A stretch of 64,000 bases of DNA, from the NCBI GenBank assembly GCA_902582605.1, contig CACHSP010000003.1:6876-70875 (forward strand). Direction: 5' to 3'. Both the position numbers and the translations under genes were made by a program. The notes beneath the pieces are model-generated. The model saw nothing but the letters and a program-made list of their open reading frames with translations. It was not told where the DNA came from and made no database searches. The stretch is from an uncultured Pelagibacteraceae bacterium (GTDB taxonomy: Bacteria > Pseudomonadota > Alphaproteobacteria > Pelagibacterales > Pelagibacteraceae). How positions within the stretch are numbered: the first letter of the stretch is position 1; each line of letters begins with the position of its first letter. Positions 21,783 through 31,170 of this stretch are shown here, piece after piece.

Positions 21783-22073
21783 TCATTTTTTTTTAAAATT
21801 TCTTCTTTCGTAATCTATATAAGACCAGATCATATTTTTCCATATTCTATTAGTAATACGTGGATCAATTTTATTCTTTAAAGATTTTTTTCTTATATTA
21901 CTAAGTATGGATCTAATTCTTTTTTGATCAACTATTTGATTTTTTCTATCTTTAAGTTCTAAAACTTTTTTTACAAGAAATGTTCTCTTTTTTATAATTT
22001 TTATAAGTGAATTATCTATTTTATCTAGTTCTGATCTAATTTTGCTTAGTTTTTTTCGTTTTTGCGGCGACAT
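21783..22073 (-). CDS. Chorismate mutase (AroQ type)
   Basis: IRSELDKIDNSLIKIIKKR, IVDQKR. Confidence 0.85.
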   Translation of the reverse strand: MSPQKRKKLSKIRSELDKIDNSLIKIIKKRTFLVKKVLELKDRKNQIVDQKRIRSILSNIRKKSLKNKIDPRITNRIWKNMIWSYIDYERRNFKKK

Positions 22074-22116
22074 TTATATATTTGGATAATTAAAAAATTA
22101 TTATATTTATGCGCAT

Positions 22117-23133
22117 ATGTACACAGCAAATCATAAGATTAATTATCAATTATCTCTCTGGTTAATTTCAATGTTTTGGATTGTGTCCATTATGATTGTT
22201 GTTGGTGGTTTAACAAGATTAACGGACTCTGGTCTTTCAATTACTAAATGGCAACTTTTCTCAGGATTTTTACCACCTTTAAATCAAGAAGACTGGATTT
22301 CATATTTTAATCTTTATAAGCAAATACCGGAATTCAAATTACAAAATTACAATATGAATATGCAAGAATTCAAAATTATTTTTTGGTGGGAATGGGCACA
22401 TCGTTTTTTAGGAAGATTAATTGGTATCGGATTTTTAATACCATTAATTTATTTTTCTTTTAAAATTAGTATTTCAAAATTGTATAGTTTGTATTTTATT
22501 TTTTTTCTAATATGTTTTCAAGGCTTTATTGGTTGGTATATGGTCAGTAGTGGTCTTGTAGATAGAGTTGATGTAAGTCATTTTAGATTATCTATTCATT
22601 TATTGATTGCTTTTATTATTTTATCATTAATATTCTGGAATTATCTCAAGCTAAATTTGAGTTATAATACAACAAACAAAATAAATCCTTTAATACCACT
22701 CGTTTTTTTAACATTGGTTTTTACACAAATTGTTATAGGAGCTTTTGTATCTGGTATGGATGCTGGAAAAATTTATAATTCCTGGCCAAATATGGGTACA
22801 GCATATTTTCCTGACGACAATGAATTTGTTAATTTATTTAAACTATCTGCTTTTAGCGATCCATCTTTGGTTCAATTTATTCATAGAAATTTAGCTTATA
22901 TAATCGGATTTTATTATTTATTTATGTTTTACAAAATTTATAAGGACAAAATTTTTGATTTATACAAGTCTATAAATGTATTGGGTTTCTTTATTTTATT
23001 ACAAATTCTTTTAGGAATAATAACAGTCTTATATGGTGCACAAATCTATATAGCATCTATGCACCAAATAAGTTCAATCTTTTTGGTAAGTTCTTGTATC
23101 TATTTTTTATTTCTTAATACAAGATTTAACTAA
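22117..23133 (+). CDS. ctaA: Heme A synthase (COX15/CtaA)
   Basis: VGGLTRLTDSGLSITKW, WEWAHR, QGFIGWYMV, QFIHR. Confidence 0.95.
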   Translation: MYTANHKINYQLSLWLISMFWIVSIMIVVGGLTRLTDSGLSITKWQLFSGFLPPLNQEDWISYFNLYKQIPEFKLQNYNMNMQEFKIIFWWEWAHRFLGRLIGIGFLIPLIYFSFKISISKLYSLYFIFFLICFQGFIGWYMVSSGLVDRVDVSHFRLSIHLLIAFIILSLIFWNYLKLNLSYNTTNKINPLIPLVFLTLVFTQIVIGAFVSGMDAGKIYNSWPNMGTAYFPDDNEFVNLFKLSAFSDPSLVQFIHRNLAYIIGFYYLFMFYKIYKDKIFDLYKSINVLGFFILLQILLGIITVLYGAQIYIASMHQISSIFLVSSCIYFLFLNTRFN

Positions 23134-24454
23134 CTGCCCTTAATTTACCTTTAGAAGATTTGTTTAAAGCTTGGTTTAAATCCTCAATGATATCATCTAC
23201 ATGCTCAATACCAATACAAAGTCTTACATAGCTCTGTGTAACTCCAGATGCTGCAAGTTCTTTTTCATTTAATTGGCTATGAGTTGTGCTAGCAGGATGT
23301 ATTGCTAAACTTCTTACATCACCAATATTTGCAACATGATAAAACATTTTTAAAGACTCGATAAATGTTTTTCCAGCCTCAATACCACCTTTTAATTCAA
23401 TACCAACCATTGGCCCATAACCACCCTTTAGGTATTTTTTTGCTCTATCAGCGATTGGTTTATTATGTTCAGTAGAATAGATTACTTTTGTAACCTCTTT
23501 GTGTTTTTTTAAAAAATTAACAACTTTCTCAGCATTCTCACAATGTTGTTTCATACGTAAGGCTACAGTCTCTAAACCCTGAATTATAGCAAAAGCATTA
23601 TCAGGTGCTAATGCTGAACCAAGATCTCTTAGTAAACATACTCTGGCTCTCACTGCAAAAGGAACATTTGCTCCTGTAAGCTCTGGCACTGCTTTACCCC
23701 ATATTACACCACCATAACTAGCATCAGGTTCATTAAATAAAGGTTGTCTTTTTGGATCAGCAGTCCAATCAAAATTACCACTATCAACAATGCTCCCTGC
23801 TACTGCAGTACCATGTCCACCAATATATTTAGTAAGTGAATGAATTACTATGGCCGCACCATGTTCGATAGGTTTGCAAATAACAGGTGATGCAGTGTTG
23901 TCCATGATTAATGGAATATTATATTTTCTGCCAATATCAGAAACTTCTTTAATAGGAAAAACTCTAAGATAAGGATTCGGTAAAGTTTCTCCATAAAAAG
24001 CTCTTGTTTTATCATCTACCATTTTTTCAAAATTTTTTGGATCACTTGGGTCCGCATATCTAATTTCTATTCCTAATTTACTTAATGTATGAGTAAATAA
24101 AGATACAGTTCCACCATATAGATCTGTTGAACTTACAATGTTGTCACCCGCTTGTGCTACATTTAATATTGCAAAAGATGAAGCTGTTTGACCCGAAGAC
24201 ACTGTTACACAAGATAATCCTCCCTCTAAAGCAGCAACTCTTTTTTCTAAAACATCATTGGTTGGATTCATAATTCTCGTGTAGATGTTTCCAAATTCTT
24301 TTAATGCAAAAAGATTGGCAGCATGTTCAGTATTATTAAATTGATACGATGTTGTTCTATAGATAGGTACAGCTACAGCATTTGTGGCTGGATCACTTTT
24401 ATAGTCACCACCATGAATGGCTATAGTTTCTGGATTATTTCTTTTTGTACTCAT
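23126..24454 (-). CDS. metY: O-acetylhomoserine aminocarboxypropyltransferase
   Basis: GNIYTRIMNPT, HSLTKYIGGHG (PLP Lys), ANIGDVRSLAIHPASTTHSQL. Confidence 0.95.
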   Translation of the reverse strand: MSTKRNNPETIAIHGGDYKSDPATNAVAVPIYRTTSYQFNNTEHAANLFALKEFGNIYTRIMNPTNDVLEKRVAALEGGLSCVTVSSGQTASSFAILNVAQAGDNIVSSTDLYGGTVSLFTHTLSKLGIEIRYADPSDPKNFEKMVDDKTRAFYGETLPNPYLRVFPIKEVSDIGRKYNIPLIMDNTASPVICKPIEHGAAIVIHSLTKYIGGHGTAVAGSIVDSGNFDWTADPKRQPLFNEPDASYGGVIWGKAVPELTGANVPFAVRARVCLLRDLGSALAPDNAFAIIQGLETVALRMKQHCENAEKVVNFLKKHKEVTKVIYSTEHNKPIADRAKKYLKGGYGPMVGIELKGGIEAGKTFIESLKMFYHVANIGDVRSLAIHPASTTHSQLNEKELAASGVTQSYVRLCIGIEHVDDIIEDLNQALNKSSKGKLRAVS

Positions 24455-24459
24455 TTTTA

Positions 24460-24517
24460 CTCCTTTTTTAGTGCTTTTGCTTTATGCAAGGCGCACAATA
24501 CAGTTCAAATGCCTACC
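24460..24517 (-). ncRNA. SAM-V riboswitch
   Basis: Minus strand GGUAGGCAUUUGAACUGUAUUGUGCGCCUUGCAUAAAGCAAAAGCACUAAAAAAGGAG; H-type pseudoknot ending at the metY SD. Confidence 0.92.
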
Positions 24518-24533
24518 GATTTTATGAGAATTT

Positions 24534-24573
24534 CCTTTTTAGCAGTTTATGCCCGCAATAGGATCAAATCGGC
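24534..24573 (-). ncRNA. SAM-II-like aptamer in tandem upstream of SAM-V
   Basis: Minus strand GCCGAUUUGAUCCUAUUGCGGGCAUAAACUGCUAAAAAGG; GAUUU...UUGC...GCUAAA core. Confidence 0.75.
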
Positions 24574-24658
24574 AAACTCTTTTTAACAGAATAGAGTTAT
24601 TTTACAAGGTAAATATAAAATTGACTTTAAACCTAATAATAGTATTAATCCACGCGTA

Positions 24659-25117
24659 ATGACAAAATTTGTTAAAAAAAGTGAGCTTAACTCATCTTGG
24701 TTTGAAATTGATGCAAAAAATGCTGTTGTAGGAAGACTCGCAACAATTGTATCTAAAATCATTAGAGGAAAAAATAAAGCAACATACACTCCTCATATGG
24801 ATACAGGAGATTTTGTAGTAGTCAAAAATATAGAGCATGCAAAATTTACAGGAAAAAAATTTCAAAATAAGAAATATTACAGACACACTGGCCATCCTGG
24901 AGGTATTAAAGAAACAACTCCAGAAAAATTACATGAAAAAAAACCAGGTGAGGCATTAAAATTAGCAGTTAAAAGAATGTTACCAGGTGGTGTTCTAGGA
25001 AGAAAACAACTTTCAAAACTTAAAATATATGCTGGTGACAGTCATCCTCACTCAGCTCAAAATCCTAAAGTAATTGAATTAGATAAGTTGAATAGCAAGA
25101 ATATAGCAAGAAATTAA
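24659..25117 (+). CDS. rplM: 50S ribosomal protein L13
   Basis: VGRLAT, YTPHMDTGD, YYRHTGHPGG, VKRMLP. Confidence 0.98.
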   Translation: MTKFVKKSELNSSWFEIDAKNAVVGRLATIVSKIIRGKNKATYTPHMDTGDFVVVKNIEHAKFTGKKFQNKKYYRHTGHPGGIKETTPEKLHEKKPGEALKLAVKRMLPGGVLGRKQLSKLKIYAGDSHPHSAQNPKVIELDKLNSKNIARN

Positions 25118-25118
25118 T

Positions 25119-25556
25119 ATGGAAAACGCTCAAACTTCATCAAAAACAACAAAATTAAAACTTGATTTTAAGGATAGCAAATATGCAACTGGAAGAAGGA
25201 AAACATCTATTGCAAGAGTTTGGCTTAAAAAGGGTTCAGGAAAAATTTATGTTAATGGTAAATTATACAATGAGTATTTTGCTAGTGAGAATCACAAAAT
25301 GCAAATTACAAGACCTTTTGAATTAATTAATCAAGCAACAGATTATGATGTGAGATGTAATGTTAAAGGCGGTGGTCCAACAGGACAAGCGGGGGCAATG
25401 GTACATGGAATTTCAAAAGCTTTAGTATTATTTGATGAAAGCTTTAAATCTAATCTTAGAACTGAGAAATTAACCACGAGAGACTCCAGGGCAGTTGAAA
25501 GAAAAAAACCTGGAAGAAGAAAAGCCAGAAGAAGCTTTCAGTTTTCTAAAAGATAA
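25119..25556 (+). CDS. rpsI: 30S ribosomal protein S9
   Basis: ATGRRK, GGGPTGQAGA, VERKKPG, QFSKR. Confidence 0.98.
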   Translation: MENAQTSSKTTKLKLDFKDSKYATGRRKTSIARVWLKKGSGKIYVNGKLYNEYFASENHKMQITRPFELINQATDYDVRCNVKGGGPTGQAGAMVHGISKALVLFDESFKSNLRTEKLTTRDSRAVERKKPGRRKARRSFQFSKR

Positions 25557-25589
25557 TTTTTTTTTAATTTTTAACTGTTATAATAAGAA

Positions 25590-26612
25590 ATGCCTAAGCT
25601 TAATGTATTAGTCGCTGGATCAACTGGTTATATTGGTATCCAATTGATAAAATTGTTAAACAAACATAAATATGTAAATATAAAATATTTATGTGGAAAC
25701 ACATCAGTAGGAAAAAAAATTTCTTATTACGATAAAACAATTGGATTAAAAAGATTACCCAAAATTGTAAAATTCAATAAAAAATTTTTGAATGAAATTG
25801 ATGTTGTATTTACAGCGCTTCCCAATGGAGAAGCGCAAGTAATTTCAAAATATTTGAATGAACAGAATGTTTTAATTGATCTTGCCGCTGATTTTAGGCT
25901 TCAAAAAGCTTTAGATTACAAAAAATGGTATAAAAAAGATCATAAAGCAAAATATAATATTAAGCATAGCATTTATTCATTACCTGAAATTACAGGTAAA
26001 AAAGTTCAAGACTATAAAATTATTTCTTGTCCTGGATGTTATCCGACTTCTATTTTATTACCTTTAATACCTTTATTAAAAAATAGATTAATAAAAAATC
26101 ATAATATTATAATTGATTCAAAATCAGGATATTCTGGTGCTGGAAGAGGTGTACACAAAAAATATAAAGATAAAAATTTGTATCAATCTTTAAGTGCTTA
26201 TGGTGTTGCATCACACAGACATAATTCTGAAATTGATGAAATGATAAAAAGATGTGTTAAAGGAAATATTCAATTTGATTTTACTCCTCATTTATCACCT
26301 ATGTTTAGAGGCATTTTAAGTACAATTTACGTTGAGCTTAATCAGACTTCTTCAGTATCAAAAATATTAAACACGTTGAAAAAATATTATAAAAAATCAA
26401 ATTTTATAAAAATATTAAATAAAGACAAATTAATAAGCACAAATGATGTAATTAATACAAATAATTGCAATATATCTGTTTGTAAATCAAAAAATAAGAA
26501 TAAGATAATTATACTTTCTGCTATTGATAATCTTATTAAAGGGGGAGCGGGTCAAGCAATACAAAATATGAATATGAAATTTAATTTTCCAAAAGATGCT
26601 GGTTTTAAATGA
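25590..26612 (+). CDS. argC: N-acetyl-gamma-glutamyl-phosphate reductase
   Basis: GSTGYIG, DLAADFRL, PGCYPTS, SGYSGAGR, DNLIKGGAGQA. Confidence 0.96.
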   Translation: MPKLNVLVAGSTGYIGIQLIKLLNKHKYVNIKYLCGNTSVGKKISYYDKTIGLKRLPKIVKFNKKFLNEIDVVFTALPNGEAQVISKYLNEQNVLIDLAADFRLQKALDYKKWYKKDHKAKYNIKHSIYSLPEITGKKVQDYKIISCPGCYPTSILLPLIPLLKNRLIKNHNIIIDSKSGYSGAGRGVHKKYKDKNLYQSLSAYGVASHRHNSEIDEMIKRCVKGNIQFDFTPHLSPMFRGILSTIYVELNQTSSVSKILNTLKKYYKKSNFIKILNKDKLISTNDVINTNNCNISVCKSKNKNKIIILSAIDNLIKGGAGQAIQNMNMKFNFPKDAGFK

Positions 26613-26830
26613 ATAGATTATTATTTATAGTTCTCTTCATATTTCTAAATGCATGTTCATTTAATATTGACTCTAAATATTGGAATGAGAAAAGTGATAA
26701 AAAAAATGATAATAACAAACTGAGCAAAATAATAAAAAAATCAAATGATATTAGATTAATGACAATTGAGGAGTATGAAATTTATATTAATAATTATATC
26801 AAAAAGAGTAAATTTCCGGATATTAACTAA
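26609..26830 (+). CDS. Small hypothetical lipoprotein
   Basis: Hydrophobic N-terminus with lipobox LNAC; overlaps argC stop and hom start. Confidence 0.65.
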   Translation: MNRLLFIVLFIFLNACSFNIDSKYWNEKSDKKNDNNKLSKIIKKSNDIRLMTIEEYEIYINNYIKKSKFPDIN

Positions 26831-28122
26831 TGAATAAAAATATAAATATTGCACTAGTTGGATTGGGTCAGGTCGGAATATTTTTATATAATGAATTGAT
26901 TTCAAAAAAAAGGGAAATCGAGACAAAAACTGGAAAAAGAATAAATATTGTAGCTATATCTGCTAAAAATAAAAATAAAAAAAGACGATTTAACATAGAT
27001 AAAAAAATTTTTTATTCAAATCCTTTAAAAATTTTTAAAGAAAAACAAATAGATATTTTATTTGAATGTATTGGTTTATCTGATGGTATTTCCAAAAAAA
27101 TAGTAGAATACGCTTTGAAAAATAAAGTAAATGTAATAACGCCGAATAAAGCATTAATTGCTAAACATGGGGATTATTTAGCGAAACTAGCTGAAATGAA
27201 TAAAGTAAATCTAGAGTTCGAAGCCTCTGTAGCTGGAGGAATTCCAATTCTTCGAACTATTAAAGAAGGTTTAGCAACCAATAAAATTAAAAAAGTTTAT
27301 GGAATTCTAAATGGGACAACTAATTATATCTTATCAGAGATGGAAAATAGTAACGAAAGTTTTGAAAAAGTTTTAAAAAAAGCTCAGGCACTTGGTTATG
27401 CTGAACCAGGTAATCCTAAATTAGATCTTAATGGTTTCGATGCTTTTGCTAAAATTAGAATTTTATCAGCGCTTTCATTTAATATCAAAATATCAAAAAG
27501 TAAGTGTATAATGGAAGGAATTGAAAACATTAAACTAGAAGATATTAAAATAGCAAATCAATTGGGCTTGAGGATAAAATTACTTGGGATTTCTGAAATT
27601 ATTAATAATCAATTATTCGAAACAGTACATCCATGTTTAGTAAGTAAAAACTCATATATCGGAAATGTGAATGGTGTAATGAATGCGGTTATTACAGAAG
27701 GCAAACCAGTAGGTCAAAGTATTTTACAAGGAGAGGGGGCAGGTCCTGGACCAACTTCATCATCCTTATTATCAGATTTACTATCAATTTTGAGAGGAAA
27801 TATAAAACCCTCTTTTGGAATTTCTTATAATAAAAGAAAATCTATAAAACCCTTTAACAATCAAAATTATTCTAATTCATTATATCTTAGATTTGAGGTC
27901 AAGGATAAACAGGGCGTCTTATCTTTAATAACAAATCGATTATCTAAATTTAAGATCTCAGTAAAAAGAATTATCCAAACTCCTGATAAGAAAAATAAGA
28001 AGGCTACAATTGTTGTTATAAGCCATAAAACTACTGAAAAAAATATAAAAAATTGTCTATCAATTTTTAAAAAAAATAAAAATATTCTCAAATTTCCAAC
28101 TTTAATTAGACTTTATAATTAA
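26830..28122 (+). CDS. hom: Homoserine dehydrogenase with ACT domain
   Basis: GLGQVG, FEASVAGGIP, GILNGTTNYIL, GAGPGPT. Confidence 0.96.
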   Translation: MNKNINIALVGLGQVGIFLYNELISKKREIETKTGKRINIVAISAKNKNKKRRFNIDKKIFYSNPLKIFKEKQIDILFECIGLSDGISKKIVEYALKNKVNVITPNKALIAKHGDYLAKLAEMNKVNLEFEASVAGGIPILRTIKEGLATNKIKKVYGILNGTTNYILSEMENSNESFEKVLKKAQALGYAEPGNPKLDLNGFDAFAKIRILSALSFNIKISKSKCIMEGIENIKLEDIKIANQLGLRIKLLGISEIINNQLFETVHPCLVSKNSYIGNVNGVMNAVITEGKPVGQSILQGEGAGPGPTSSSLLSDLLSILRGNIKPSFGISYNKRKSIKPFNNQNYSNSLYLRFEVKDKQGVLSLITNRLSKFKISVKRIIQTPDKKNKKATIVVISHKTTEKNIKNCLSIFKKNKNILKFPTLIRLYN

Positions 28123-29024
28123 TGGATATTTATATAAAACTTTTTGAAGTTTTGTTTCCAGTATTCTTTGTTGTGGGTATTGGATATTATCTTGGTAAAA
28201 AAAATCCTAAAATTGATACTACATTTATCACTAATTTTGCTGCAAATGTTGGTACACCAGCAATGATTATTTATGCATTAAATCCGGTAAATATATCGTT
28301 TACTATTTTCATCAACTATTTTTGGTACTATGCAATCGCAATTGTTGGGTTCATTATTGTTGGAATAATAATATTATTTCTTTTAAATACTAAAGATATA
28401 ATAAGAGAACTTCCGCCTTTAACAATGCCTAATACTGGTAACATGGGTCTACCAATATGTTTATTCGCTTATGGTTCTCAAGGTCTTGGTGTTTCAGCCG
28501 CTATTTCTGCCTTAATCATTTTGTGTCACTTTACATTAGGTGTTTTTTTAGCAGATAGAAAATTTAGTTTACAAGTCATTCTAAAAAGCCCACCTTTTTA
28601 TGCAATCATTATTGCAGTTTTTTTACTTTATTATGATTATGAACTTCCAGGATTTATAGAAAATACTACTTTTTTATTAATGTATGCCACAATATTTTTA
28701 ATTTTGATGTCATTAGGAATAGCACTAACAAGACTTAAAGTTTTTTCACTTAACAAGGCAATATTTTCTTCTTTAGGACGAGTGATTGTTGGACCTATTA
28801 TTGGTTATTTATTAATATTATATTTTGGTCTAGAAGGGTTCGCAGCTGGTGTATTACTGATTCAATGTTCAATGCCTAGCGCAGTTCTTAATTATCTTGT
28901 TGCATCAATTTATTCACCTAAAAAAATTGTTGATAGTGTTGCTAGTACTATTGTTGTGTCAACACTCATGTCTTTTATAACAATTCCAATTGTTGTATTC
29001 TTTGCTTTAAAATACTTTAATTAA
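28122..29024 (+). CDS. AEC (auxin efflux carrier) family transporter
   Basis: PNTGNMGLP, MPSAV, about 10 TM helices. Confidence 0.88.
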   Translation: MDIYIKLFEVLFPVFFVVGIGYYLGKKNPKIDTTFITNFAANVGTPAMIIYALNPVNISFTIFINYFWYYAIAIVGFIIVGIIILFLLNTKDIIRELPPLTMPNTGNMGLPICLFAYGSQGLGVSAAISALIILCHFTLGVFLADRKFSLQVILKSPPFYAIIIAVFLLYYDYELPGFIENTTFLLMYATIFLILMSLGIALTRLKVFSLNKAIFSSLGRVIVGPIIGYLLILYFGLEGFAAGVLLIQCSMPSAVLNYLVASIYSPKKIVDSVASTIVVSTLMSFITIPIVVFFALKYFN

Positions 29025-29040
29025 TCTATATCCTTCTTAT

Positions 29041-29892
29041 ATGAAGGCTATTACATTTAATCTTTTAGCGTGGGTAATGCTTCCAATTATGGATGGTTTT
29101 GCTAAATATTTAAGTGCAGAACTACCTGTACTACAAATCACTTGGGCAAGATATTTTTTTACTGTGGCGTTCACTTTACCAATTATGTTTTTCTTTTTTC
29201 GAGAAAATCTCGTTTGGACAGACAAACCGAAGCTACAATTTATAAGAGGCTTAATACTATTAACAGCAAATATTTGTTTCTTTTATGCCATTTCAGTAAT
29301 CTCTTTAGCAAAAGCATTAACTTTGGCATTCGTTGCACCTTTGATTGTTACAGCTTTTTCTCCAATTTTTTTAGGTGAGAAGGTTGGATTCAGAAGATGG
29401 TCAGTTGTAATTATAGGATTTATAGGATCCTTGGTTGTTATAAGACCAGGTTTTGTAGAAATTAATTTAGCAAGTATTGCTGCGCTTGGAACAGGAATAA
29501 TGTATGGATTTTATTTAATTATTACTCGTAAGTTAAGTACTTCAGACAACCCTTTATTAACTTTATTGTTAACTGGTGTAGTGGGGGCTGTTATTATTTC
29601 ATGTGTAATGCCTTTTGTTTGGATCAAACCAACAACTAGTCAGTGGTCAATGATGGCTGCTATTGGTGTATTTGCCTGCGTAGGTCATTTATTTCTAATA
29701 TTATCTCTAAAATACGCTGATGCTTCAAAATTAGCTCCATTTAGTTACTTTGAGATCATTACAAACATAATTATAGGTTATTATTTCTTTAGTGATTTCC
29801 CTGATAATTGGACTTTCTTAGGTTTGTTTATTATTGTATTAAGTGGTATCTACATCTCAAGAAGAGAGAACTTAGTGAAAAAAGTAAAATAA
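29041..29892 (+). CDS. DMT/EamA family transporter
   Basis: LGEKVGFRRW, VVIRPG, LAPFSY. Confidence 0.88.
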   Translation: MKAITFNLLAWVMLPIMDGFAKYLSAELPVLQITWARYFFTVAFTLPIMFFFFRENLVWTDKPKLQFIRGLILLTANICFFYAISVISLAKALTLAFVAPLIVTAFSPIFLGEKVGFRRWSVVIIGFIGSLVVIRPGFVEINLASIAALGTGIMYGFYLIITRKLSTSDNPLLTLLLTGVVGAVIISCVMPFVWIKPTTSQWSMMAAIGVFACVGHLFLILSLKYADASKLAPFSYFEIITNIIIGYYFFSDFPDNWTFLGLFIIVLSGIYISRRENLVKKVK

Positions 29893-30352
29893 TAGGTAAT
29901 ATTTATTTACTATTATCTAAAGTATTACATTAAGTATTTAATATAAACTATTGTATTTATTGTATTTTATAAAAATTATAAATAATATAGATTTAGAATA
30001 TTTTGAATTATTTAATGTTAAAATCGCATTAATATGCTCTATAAGAGTAGTGATTAATTACAAATTATGAAAAACATCAAATAACCTTTTAAAATAGGGA
30101 CTTTTTCAGATTGTGGTTATAAAAATTCCAAAAAAATAGGGCAGTTCAAAAGCATTGATATAGTTGAATAGTAGAGCGATGCACTAATTGAATATAGCAT
30201 TTAAACGCCCATAGAGGGGTCTATTTTTAGTATAGGCTGATACATGGTACAACTAAAGGGTGAATTATGTTATTTAAAAAGTAATCTCACAAAAAGGTAA
30301 AAAAGCGTTGATTTTACTCACTTTTTTAACTTAAAAAAGGTTTAAAATAGCT

Positions 30353-30628
30353 CTAAATAGCTACTTTTTCAGATCTTAGTAATTTGAGCTTTTGTTTGAT
30401 TCCACCTCTACCAGAGTAGCCTCCAGGAGCTCCATCAGATCTAATTACTCTATGACAAGGTATTTTTGGGGCATATGGGTTTTTAGCACAAGCGTTAGCG
30501 ACTGCTCTGGCTGATTTAGGGCTGTTTATGGCAGCAGCAACTTGTTTATATGTTCTTATTTTACCTTTTGGTATAGTTTTGAGGTATTTCCAGACTTTTA
30601 ATTGAAATTTAGTGCCTTTAAGATGCAT
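30353..30628 (-). CDS. ogt: Minimal O6-methylguanine-DNA methyltransferase (MGMT domain)
   Basis: FQLKVW, ARAVANA, active-site PCHRV, GYSG; start at MHLKGT with AGGA just upstream (ORF-track extension to 30691 rejected). Confidence 0.9.
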   Translation of the reverse strand: MHLKGTKFQLKVWKYLKTIPKGKIRTYKQVAAAINSPKSARAVANACAKNPYAPKIPCHRVIRSDGAPGGYSGRGGIKQKLKLLRSEKVAI

Positions 30629-30643
30629 TTTTCCTGAGAAAAC

Positions 30644-30820
30644 TCTGTTTCCTTGCACTTTTAAGGGTGCAAAGAACAGATGTTTTGGCACGTCGTTGAT
30701 GCGCTACCGCCATGCCTCCCGTTCTGCATGTTCAGCGATGCTTTGCAGAACTTTCTGCCCCTTGGATTTGTACCTCTCGGCTTTTGCCCAATTGGCCAGT
30801 TAAGGGTTGCCCCTTAATTC
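30644..30820 (-). ncRNA. GC-rich structured RNA of unassigned class upstream of ogt
   Basis: About half GC in an AT-rich genome; at least five stems; GCAA and GAGA tetraloops on the minus strand; terminal hairpin followed by GUUUU. Confidence 0.75.
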
Positions 30821-30912
30821 ATTTAAATACTAACAGATATGATTTAAAAGCTGTATCACCTTTTAATTGATTTTTAAAATTTACAGCAATTCATGTGAAT
30901 ATTGGGGATAAA

Positions 30913-31125
30913 TCAAGCTTTGAAAACTAAGATAAAATAGCTGATTAAAAATAAGATTGCCAAGATAGATAAAAAAATAGTTTCAATGCTTTTGCCATGA
31001 TTTTTATATTGAATTGAACTTAAAATAATAAATCCCACAGAGGTAATTAAAAACCATACAGCAGGAATTTCTCCATCAATTGAACCCATAATTTTTATAT
31101 TTAAACTATTGACATCAAAAATCAC
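30913..31125 (-). CDS. Small hypothetical membrane protein (2 TM); start may be the ATG at 31089
   Basis: Two hydrophobic segments; divergent from the recombinase gene. Confidence 0.55.
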   Translation of the reverse strand: MIFDVNSLNIKIMGSIDGEIPAVWFLITSVGFIILSSIQYKNHGKSIETIFLSILAILFLISYFILVFKA

Positions 31126-31132
31126 TTGATAT

Positions 31133-31167
31133 ATTACTAATGATAATTAATTGTTATCAATAGTAAT
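31133..31167. repeat. 14-7-14 bp inverted repeat, candidate tyrosine-recombinase core site
   Basis: ATTACTAATGATAA-TTAATTG-TTATCAATAGTAAT; arms 13/14 complementary; ends 3 nt before the recombinase ATG. Confidence 0.8.
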
Positions 31168-31170
31168 TGT

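Noticed and set aside
24323-24789. Short ORFs across the metY-rplM spacer
   Set aside because: They overlap the riboswitches and real genes in antisense; no recognisable motifs
30246-30275. Canonical dif/cer-like site GGTACAACTAA-N8-TTATGTTATTT
   Set aside because: The right arm is 9/11 to the XerD arm, but the left arm is weak and needs an 8-nt spacer; likely chance in AT-rich DNA
29893-30352. Replication origin
   Set aside because: Only one poor DnaA-box-like word (about 30112-30120), and genes converge on the region rather than diverge from it
30612-30803. 63-aa ORF and the 21-aa N-terminal extension of Ogt
   Set aside because: By-products of the GC-rich structured RNA; atypical composition and a better ogt start at 30628
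30630-30820. Identification of the RNA as a glycine or c-di-GMP-I riboswitch or 6S RNA
   Set aside because: Only fragments match (UCUCAGG, GGCAAA); core motifs and the single long 6S rod are absent. Left unassigned pending an Rfam search
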